Below the pieces are notes generated by a model, which searched no databases, had not been told where the DNA came from, and worked only from the letters and a program-made list of their open reading frames with translations. From positions 1 to 60,309 of the forward strand of contig DASTGR010000181.1 of the NCBI GenBank assembly GCA_035718885.1: 60,309 nucleotides of DNA, in the 5' to 3' direction. Position numbers and translations under genes: made by a program. Position 1 is the first letter of the stretch; every line of letters starts with the position of its first letter. The stretch is from Pseudolabrys sp. Its GTDB lineage: Bacteria; Pseudomonadota; Alphaproteobacteria; Rhizobiales; Xanthobacteraceae. Shown here one piece after another: positions 48,002 to 55,222 of the stretch.

Positions 48002-49102
48002 ATGGCGCGCAGCCAAGCATCGATCACTGGCGTCCGTGCGCGCGCCTACACGATCCCGACCGACAGACCGGAAGCCGACGGCACTTTCGCATGGAACTCG
48101 ACCACGCTCGTGGTCGTCCATGTCGAAGGCGGTGGCAAGATCGGACTGGGCTACACCTATACCCACGGATCGATCGTCGCGCTGATCGACAGCAAATTGA
48201 AGGAGGCCGTGGCCGGAACAGACGCGATGAACCCGCCTGGCGCCAACGCGGCGATGCAGCACGCCGTGCGCAACATGGGCCGGCAGGGACTGGCGGCGAC
48301 GGCGATCTCGGCGGTCGACGCTGCGCTGTGGGACCTCAAGGCGAAGCTCTTGGACCTGCCGCTCTGCACGCTGCTCGGGCGCCTGCGTGACAACGTGCCG
48401 ATCTATGGCAGCGGCGGTTTCACCAGCTATTCGCTCGACGAACTCACGGACCAGCTCGGCGGCTGGGTCGCGCATGACGGCTGCCGCTTCGTGAAGATGA
48501 AGATCGGCACGCATCCGTCCGACGACCCCGCCCGCGTCGCCAAGGCGAAAATCGCGATCGGCGAGAACGCCACTCTCTTCGTCGACGCCAATGGTGCCTA
48601 CGCGGCCAAGCAGGCGCTTGAGATGGCCGAGGTGTTCGAGGCCTATCGCGTCGGTTGGTTCGAGGAACCGGTCTCCTCCGACGATCTTCCCGGACTTCGC
48701 CTCCTTCGCGAGCGCGCCCCCGCCTGCATGGAGATCGCGGCGGGCGAATACGGCTACGAAATCGACTATTATCGCCGCATGCTGGCCGCAGGCGCCGTCG
48801 ATGTGGTGCAGGCCGATGTCACGCGCTGCGGCGGCGTGACCGGCTTCCTCCAGGTTGCGACGTTGGCCGACGCGCACCACAGCGATCTGTCCGGCCACTG
48901 CGCGCCGGCCCTGCACCTGCACGCAGCTTGTGCGGCGCCGCGCCTGCGCCATCTGGAATGGTTTCATGACCACGTGCGGATCGAGCACATGCTGTTCGAC
49001 GGCGCGCCCGTGCCGAAGCATGGTCAGATCGCTCCCGATCTCTCCCGGGCCGGTCACGGGCTGACCTTCAAGGAGAAGAACGCGGAGCGGTTCGGCTCCT
49101 GA
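48002..49102 (+). CDS. Mandelate racemase/acid-sugar dehydratase subgroup enolase
   Basis: SAVDAALWDL, KMK, VDAN, FEEP, AGEY, QAD and SGH dyad, LEWF. Confidence 0.9.
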   Translation: MARSQASITGVRARAYTIPTDRPEADGTFAWNSTTLVVVHVEGGGKIGLGYTYTHGSIVALIDSKLKEAVAGTDAMNPPGANAAMQHAVRNMGRQGLAATAISAVDAALWDLKAKLLDLPLCTLLGRLRDNVPIYGSGGFTSYSLDELTDQLGGWVAHDGCRFVKMKIGTHPSDDPARVAKAKIAIGENATLFVDANGAYAAKQALEMAEVFEAYRVGWFEEPVSSDDLPGLRLLRERAPACMEIAAGEYGYEIDYYRRMLAAGAVDVVQADVTRCGGVTGFLQVATLADAHHSDLSGHCAPALHLHAACAAPRLRHLEWFHDHVRIEHMLFDGAPVPKHGQIAPDLSRAGHGLTFKEKNAERFGS

Positions 49103-49158
49103 CCGCCCTCACCTCTGCCCTTCCATGCGCAGAACGGCGTCGCGCCGCCGGCGACTTT

Positions 49159-49181
49159 GTCCTATGAAGAAGACATAGGAC
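49159..49181. promoter_or_regulatory. Palindromic operator (GntR-like GT...AC form)
   Basis: GTCCTATG-AAGAAGA-CATAGGAC, perfect 8-bp arms, about 30 bp before the monooxygenase start. Confidence 0.55.
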
Positions 49182-49209
49182 GAAGCGTGACAATCGGCCC
49201 GGGGGAAGC

Positions 49210-50421
49210 GTGAGCATGGTGCGGAGTTTCGATGCCGAAGTCGCGGTCGTCGGCGGCGGACCGGTCGGGCTCGTGGCGGCGCTGCTGCTGGCGCGCGACG
49301 GCGTCTCCGTCGTGCTGATCGAGAAGTCGCCGGAGGTCGAGATCGACCTGCGCGCCTCCACCTTCCACCCGCCCACACTCGATATGCTCGAGCGTCTCGA
49401 TCTCGCGCGCGTTCTGACGGGACAGGGTCTGATCAGCCCGCAATGGCAGGTGCGCCTGCATCCCGACGGCGACCGCGTCGTGTTCGACCTCGGCGTGCTG
49501 GCCAACGCGACGGCTCACCCCTATCGCGTGCAGTGCGAGCAGTGGAAGCTGTCGCGCGCCGCCCACGCGGCGTTGCTCGCGGAGCCGCGCGCCACCGTGC
49601 AGTTCGGCGCCGAGGTGACCGACCTGGCGCAGGACGACGACGGCGTCACCCTGAACGTCAGCGGCGGTGACGGCGGTTCGACCCTACGCACCCGCTACGT
49701 CATCGGCGCAGATGGCGCGCGTTCGACAGTGCGCCGCGCGCTCGGCCTCGATTTCGAGGGCGAGACCTATCCGGAAACGACCCTTCTCGTAACGACTACG
49801 TTCCCATTTGAGCAGCATCTCGAAGGCCTGACCAACATCGCCTATTGCTGGAAGGCGGACGGAAACTTCTCGCTGCTGCGCGTTCCGGGCCGATGGCGCG
49901 TGTCAATCTATCCGCGCGAGGACCAGCCAATCGAAGACCAGCTCACCGAGCCGGCCATCGAGGCACAGTTGCAGACCATCGTGCTGCGAAAAGAGGCTTA
50001 CGAGGTCATCGAGAAGCGTCCCTATCGCGTGCACAAGCGCATCGTGCCGCACTATCACCGCGGCCGGGTCGCGCTGGCCGGCGACGCCGCGCACGTCAAC
50101 AGCCCGGCCGGCGGCATGGGCCTCAATGGCGGTCTGCACGACGCCTTCGCGCTCATCGACGCCCTGCGCGACATCCGCAACGGCGCGCCGCGGCAGGCGC
50201 GCCTCGATCTCTACGAGCGCCGCCGTCGGCCGGTCGCGCTCGAGCAGATCATCGCCCAGGCCGACGCCAACCGCGCGCGCATGCGCGAGAAAGACCCGGC
50301 GCGCCGGCGCGAGATTCTCGACGGGCTGAAGGCCATCGCCGCCGATCGCACGCGGCTCGAGGCGCATCTGCTGCGCACCTCGATGATCGCCGGCCTGCGT
50401 CAGGCCGCCGCCGTCACCTGA
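49210..50421 (+). CDS. FAD-dependent aromatic monooxygenase (MhpA/PheA-like group A)
   Basis: VGGGPVG, IGADGARSTVR, GDAAHVNSPAGGMGLNGGLHDA. Confidence 0.88.
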   Translation: MSMVRSFDAEVAVVGGGPVGLVAALLLARDGVSVVLIEKSPEVEIDLRASTFHPPTLDMLERLDLARVLTGQGLISPQWQVRLHPDGDRVVFDLGVLANATAHPYRVQCEQWKLSRAAHAALLAEPRATVQFGAEVTDLAQDDDGVTLNVSGGDGGSTLRTRYVIGADGARSTVRRALGLDFEGETYPETTLLVTTTFPFEQHLEGLTNIAYCWKADGNFSLLRVPGRWRVSIYPREDQPIEDQLTEPAIEAQLQTIVLRKEAYEVIEKRPYRVHKRIVPHYHRGRVALAGDAAHVNSPAGGMGLNGGLHDAFALIDALRDIRNGAPRQARLDLYERRRRPVALEQIIAQADANRARMREKDPARRREILDGLKAIAADRTRLEAHLLRTSMIAGLRQAAAVT

Positions 50422-51614
50422 GGTTCGCGCGCGTCATATTCGAACAGCCAGTCATAGCGCGTGCGGACGCGCTCCGGCTCCCATTCGCGCGTGATGTAGG
50501 CCACGGCCTGATCGTGATCGGCGAGGATCGGGTTGTGGAATCGCTTGGCGGTCTCGGTCGAGCCGCGCACGATCCGTGACGTGCGCTCGACGCGCAGGTC
50601 CTGAAATCGGCGGAACGCACCGGCAATATCGCTTGGATCGGCGGCGATCGCGCGCGCGATGACGACCGCGTCCTCAATCGCCATGTTCGCTCCCTGCGCA
50701 AGGAAGGGCAGCGTCGGGTGGCAGGCGTCACCGATCAGGCAGAGTCGCCCGAACGCCCATTGCGCCAGCGGCTCGCGGCCGACGAAGGCCCATTTGAACG
50801 GCACGTCGAGCCCGCGGATCGTCTCCTGCACCGCCGGATGCCAGCCCTTGAAGTCCGCAAAGCATTCCTCGTGCGTGCCGCGCTCCGTCCAGGATTCGAC
50901 CGGCCAGTCGCGGCCCTCCACGACGCCGACGAAATTGTACAATTCGCCACGCCGCACCGGGTACGTAATGACATGCGCGCCCGGCCCCACCCAGTTGGTG
51001 CCGACCGGCGTGCGCTGCTCAGGTGACAGGCGCCCGGCTGGCACCAGCCCGCGCCACGCCATGATCCCGAGGAAGGAGGTCTTCGCCGAAACGCCGGCTG
51101 CCGCACGCAGCTTCGAATGCACGCCATCGGCGGCGACGATCGCGTTGCCATGCGCGTCGGGCTTGCCGGAGAAATGCAGCGTCACGCCGTCGTGGCGCTC
51201 GGTGAAGCCATGCGCCTGATGGGCGACATGGATCGCATCCGGCTTGAGTGCGAGCACGGCGTCGCGCAACACGGTGTGGAAGTCGCCGCGGTGGACGGTC
51301 CAGTACGGCGCGCCGAAGCGTTCGACGCAGTCGCGGCCGAGATCGAACAGCTTCCAGGTCTGTCCCGTGTTCCACAGCCGCACCTCTTTACGCGCCGCTT
51401 CGCAGGCGACCTTGTCGAGCGCGTCGCGCAGACCGAGGTCGATCAGCAGGCGCGAGCCGTTCGGCCCGATCTGCACGCCCGCCCCGACCTCGCGCAGCTC
51501 GGTCGCCTGCTCGTAGACCGAGACATCGATGCCGCGCCGCAGGAGGGAGAGCGCCGTTGTCAGCCCGCCAATGCCGCCCCCGGCGATGAGGATATGCGGT
51601 GATGCCTTGCTCAT
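50400..51614 (-). CDS. FAD-dependent monooxygenase (salicylate 1-hydroxylase/6-hydroxynicotinate 3-monooxygenase-like)
   Basis: AGGGIGG, EVGAGVQIGPNG, VHRGD, ADGVHS, GDACHPTLPFLAQGANMAIED. Confidence 0.88.
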   Translation of the reverse strand: MSKASPHILIAGGGIGGLTTALSLLRRGIDVSVYEQATELREVGAGVQIGPNGSRLLIDLGLRDALDKVACEAARKEVRLWNTGQTWKLFDLGRDCVERFGAPYWTVHRGDFHTVLRDAVLALKPDAIHVAHQAHGFTERHDGVTLHFSGKPDAHGNAIVAADGVHSKLRAAAGVSAKTSFLGIMAWRGLVPAGRLSPEQRTPVGTNWVGPGAHVITYPVRRGELYNFVGVVEGRDWPVESWTERGTHEECFADFKGWHPAVQETIRGLDVPFKWAFVGREPLAQWAFGRLCLIGDACHPTLPFLAQGANMAIEDAVVIARAIAADPSDIAGAFRRFQDLRVERTSRIVRGSTETAKRFHNPILADHDQAVAYITREWEPERVRTRYDWLFEYDAREPQVTAAA

Positions 51615-51769
51615 AGTGGGGCCGGACTCCTTCTCACCGGCCCACCGTCGCTTGCGCTATTCCAATGTGCAAGCGCCTTGGCGAGCCCGGTGGATGAGTC
51701 CCCAGACAGCCTCTTGCCGCAAACGCGTCCGCATGCTCCCGTTCCTGGAACCGCTGCGGGACAGGACCA

Positions 51770-52765
51770 ATGATCAGGATCGGCATTATCGGGCTCGGCT
51801 GGTGGGGCAAACAGATCGTCACCTGCCTCAAGGAAAGCCCGCGTTTCGCGGTCGTGGCCGGCTGCGACGTCGACCACAACATGGCCGCCCCGTTCGCGCG
51901 GGAGCATGCCTTCGATCTGGTCACCGACTATCGGCAACTCCTGAAACGCCCCGACATCGACGCCATCGCCGTCGTCACGCCGCACCTGCTTCATGAGGAA
52001 ATGGCGATCGCCGCGCTCGAAGCCGGCAAGCAGGTGTTCTGCGAGAAGCCTTTATCGACGACAGCCGCGAGCGCCGAGCGCATCCTCGCGGCGAGCGCCA
52101 AACGCGGCGGCCTGCTCGGCATCGGCCACGAACGTCGCTACGAGCCTGCAATCGAAGCGATGCGCGGACTGCTCGAGAGCGGCGCGCTCGGCCGCGTCCT
52201 GCACATGGATTCCAATGTCAGCCACAACAATTTCCGCAACATGGACCCGTCGAACTGGCGACGCGATCCGCGCCACGCGCCGGCGGGCGCCTGGACCGCA
52301 CTCGGCATCCATCTCGGCGACTTGATGGTGTCCTTCGCCGGCACTCCCATCCGCGTCGCCGCGCGCACGGCGTCGCAAATCTTCCCCGCTCCCGCCGAGG
52401 ATTTCGTCTCGGCCGACATCGATTTTGCCGGCGGTGCGCGCGGCCGCATCACCTGCCTCTCGACACCGCCCTTCTATGCGCGCTTCACGCTCATCTGCGA
52501 CCAGGGCTGGGTCGAGGTGCAGGAAGGCGGCAATGTCGACAAGGGCCTGCCGTCGACCTTCGTGTACTGCAAGCCGGACGGATCGCGTGAGAGCCGCAGC
52601 TACGCGCCGGTAAATACCGTGCGCATGAACTTCGAGGCCTGGGCCGACGCGCTGGAGGGCCGCGCGCCCTACCGTTTCACGCCCGAACACCTCCGCGCCA
52701 ACATCGGCATCCTCGATGCGGTGACACGCTCCGCCGCCGACGGCGGCAGGCCAGTTGCTCTTTAG
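51770..52765 (+). CDS. Gfo/Idh/MocA family oxidoreductase
   Basis: GIIGLGWWG, TPHLLH, GKQVFCEKP, GHERRY, GIH. Confidence 0.9.
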   Translation: MIRIGIIGLGWWGKQIVTCLKESPRFAVVAGCDVDHNMAAPFAREHAFDLVTDYRQLLKRPDIDAIAVVTPHLLHEEMAIAALEAGKQVFCEKPLSTTAASAERILAASAKRGGLLGIGHERRYEPAIEAMRGLLESGALGRVLHMDSNVSHNNFRNMDPSNWRRDPRHAPAGAWTALGIHLGDLMVSFAGTPIRVAARTASQIFPAPAEDFVSADIDFAGGARGRITCLSTPPFYARFTLICDQGWVEVQEGGNVDKGLPSTFVYCKPDGSRESRSYAPVNTVRMNFEAWADALEGRAPYRFTPEHLRANIGILDAVTRSAADGGRPVAL

Positions 52766-52780
52766 TCGCAACTGCGACTA
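52763..52780. promoter_or_regulatory. Perfect palindrome upstream of the CDF gene
   Basis: TAGTCGCA-AC-TGCGACTA, overlapping the TAG of the Gfo/Idh/MocA gene. Confidence 0.45.
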
Positions 52781-52821
52781 GACCAGTCGAAATCGCGCCG
52801 CGGCTGCGCTAGATAGCGCGC

Positions 52822-54192
52822 ATGCAGAACGAGAAAGAACAGGTCGCGCTCTCGTCGATCGCGGCGTCGGCCGGGTTGACGATCGCCAAGGCGATCGTCG
52901 GTATCATGACCGGGTCGCTCGCCATCCTGTCGGAAGCCGGCCACTCGCTGATCGATTTCGGCGCGACGGTGATGACCTATGTCGCGGTTCGCATCTCGGG
53001 CAAGCCGGCCGACGAGCAGCACCATTACGGCCACGGCAAGGTCGAGGCTGTCTCCGCACTGGCCGAGACGGCGCTGCTGTTCCTGTTGTCCGGCATCGTC
53101 ATCTGGGAGGCGCTCAAGCGCCTGATCGACCATGAGGGTCACATCGTCGCCGCCACCGGCTGGGCCTTTGGCGTCATCATCGTTTCGATCGTCGTCGACT
53201 TCTTCCGCGCCCGCGCGCTGACGCGCGTCGCGCACGAGACGCAGAGCCACGCGCTGGAGGCCGACGCGCTGCATTTCTCCTCGGACCTGTGGTCCTCGCT
53301 CGCGGTGCTGTGCGGCCTCGCCGGCGTCTGGCTCGGCTATTCCTGGGCCGACTCGGCCGCCGCACTCGTTGTCGCCGTGCTGGTCTGCATCGCCGGCTGG
53401 CGGCTCGGCAAACGCACCGTCGATACGTTGACCGACACCGCCCCGCCAGGCGCGGCGGAACTCATCCGGTCTACGGCCGCGAAAGTGCCGGGCGTCGTGC
53501 GCGTCGACCAGGTGCGCGCGCGCGCCGTCGGCGAGACGACCTTCATCGACCTCGGCGTCGGCGTCAGCCGCACGCTTCCGATCGACCGTGTCGATTCGAT
53601 CAGGGATGCCGTCGCCGCAGCTCTGCGCGCAGGAATGCCGGGCGCCGAACCGGTCGTGACGACGCATCCGGTCGCGCTGGACAACGAGACCGTGCTCGAC
53701 CGCGTCATGGTGATCGCGCGCAACCGTGCGCTTGCGGTGCACCATGTCACGGTGCACGAATTGCGCGACAAGCGCTCGGTGTCGCTCGATCTCGAAGTCG
53801 ACGGCAGGCTTTCGCTCCGTGCGGCGCACGAAACGGCCGACGCGCTCGAAGACGCAATCGAGGCCGAACTCGGCGACGGCGTCGAAGTAGAAACCCACAT
53901 CGAGCCGTTGCAGCCGCAAGACGTGGCGGGCCGCGAAGCGCTGCCCGAGCGCGTCGCTGCCGTTGCCATGGCGCTCGGCGAATTGGCGGCCGAAGGCCGT
54001 ATCATCCGCGATGTGCACGATGTACGCGTCCGCGAGACCGCGGACGGCGAGATCGTCAATTTTCATTGCCGCGTCGATCCGGAGCTCAGCGTCCATGAGG
54101 TGCACGACGCCGTCGATGCGCTCGAGCGCGCGCTGAAGCTGCGCTCGCCACAGATCAAGCGCGTCATCGGCCACGCCGAGCCGATGCGCTAG
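52822..54192 (+). CDS. Cation diffusion facilitator (FieF-like) with extended C-terminus
   Basis: TGSLAILSEAGHSLID, HHYGHGKVE, LEADALHFSSD; three CTD-like repeats ending THP, HIEP, HAEP. Confidence 0.9.
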   Translation: MQNEKEQVALSSIAASAGLTIAKAIVGIMTGSLAILSEAGHSLIDFGATVMTYVAVRISGKPADEQHHYGHGKVEAVSALAETALLFLLSGIVIWEALKRLIDHEGHIVAATGWAFGVIIVSIVVDFFRARALTRVAHETQSHALEADALHFSSDLWSSLAVLCGLAGVWLGYSWADSAAALVVAVLVCIAGWRLGKRTVDTLTDTAPPGAAELIRSTAAKVPGVVRVDQVRARAVGETTFIDLGVGVSRTLPIDRVDSIRDAVAAALRAGMPGAEPVVTTHPVALDNETVLDRVMVIARNRALAVHHVTVHELRDKRSVSLDLEVDGRLSLRAAHETADALEDAIEAELGDGVEVETHIEPLQPQDVAGREALPERVAAVAMALGELAAEGRIIRDVHDVRVRETADGEIVNFHCRVDPELSVHEVHDAVDALERALKLRSPQIKRVIGHAEPMR

Positions 54193-55181
54193 GGCACCAG
54201 CACCGCCGCGCCTTCCAGCCTGCCCTCGCGCAAGTCGGCGAGCGCCTCGTTCGCCTGCGCCAGCGGATAGCGCGTGACCGCGCATCGCAGGCCGGCCTTT
54301 GGCGCCACGGCAAGAAACTCCCGGGCGTCCTCACGCGTCAGATTGGCGACCGAGCGCACCTGCCGTTCCTCCCAGAGGATGGAATAGGGAAAGCTCGGAA
54401 TGTCCGACATGTGAATGCCGCCGCAGACGACGCTGCCGCCTTTCTTCACTGCTTTCAAGGCCGCTGGCACGAGCGCGCCCACCGGCGCGAAGATGATGGC
54501 CGCATCCAGCGGCTCCGGCGGCGCGTCGTCCGAACCGCCGGCCCAGTCGGCGCCGAGCGAGCGGGCGAAGGCTTGCGCGGCCGTGTCGCTGCCGCGCGTG
54601 AACGCGAACACGCGCCGCCCCTGCCACTTCAGCACCTGCGCAAGGATGTGGGCGGCGGCGCCGAATCCGTAAAGGCCGACCGACCGACCCTCCCCGGCAA
54701 GCCGCAGGCTGCGCCAGCCGATCAGTCCGGCACACAGCCACGGCGCTATTTCGGAGTCGCCGCCGCCCTCACCGAGCGGAAAGCAGTAGCGCGCATCCGC
54801 AACAGTATGCGTCGCGAAGCCGCCGTCGCGCGTGTAGCCGGTGAACACCGGCGCATCGCACAGATTCTCGCTGCCCTCTTTGCAATACGAACAATGACCG
54901 CAGGTCGCGCCGAGCCAAGGCACGCCCACGCGCTCGCCGACGGCAAAGCCGCTGACTCCCTGCCCGATCGCCGCCACGCGGCCGACGATCTCGTGGCCCG
55001 GCACGATCGGCAGCCTCGGATGCGCCAGGTCGCCGTCGACCACATGCAGGTCGGTGCGGCAGACGCCGCAGGCGCCGACCGCGATCATCAGTTCCCCCGA
55101 ACCCGCGGACGGCACAGGACGTTCGCGGACGACCAGGGGCGTCCGCGGACGTTCCAGCACCATCGCCCGCATCACCGCCAT
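54189..55181 (-). CDS. Zinc-dependent alcohol dehydrogenase (AdhP-like)
   Basis: CGVCRTDLH, PGHEIVG, CGHCSYC...ENLC, GLYGFGAA. Confidence 0.92.
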   Translation of the reverse strand: MAVMRAMVLERPRTPLVVRERPVPSAGSGELMIAVGACGVCRTDLHVVDGDLAHPRLPIVPGHEIVGRVAAIGQGVSGFAVGERVGVPWLGATCGHCSYCKEGSENLCDAPVFTGYTRDGGFATHTVADARYCFPLGEGGGDSEIAPWLCAGLIGWRSLRLAGEGRSVGLYGFGAAAHILAQVLKWQGRRVFAFTRGSDTAAQAFARSLGADWAGGSDDAPPEPLDAAIIFAPVGALVPAALKAVKKGGSVVCGGIHMSDIPSFPYSILWEERQVRSVANLTREDAREFLAVAPKAGLRCAVTRYPLAQANEALADLREGRLEGAAVLVP

Positions 55182-55222
55182 GTTCCTTCCAATCCGCCGC
55201 CGGCTATCCTAGATCAGACCCC

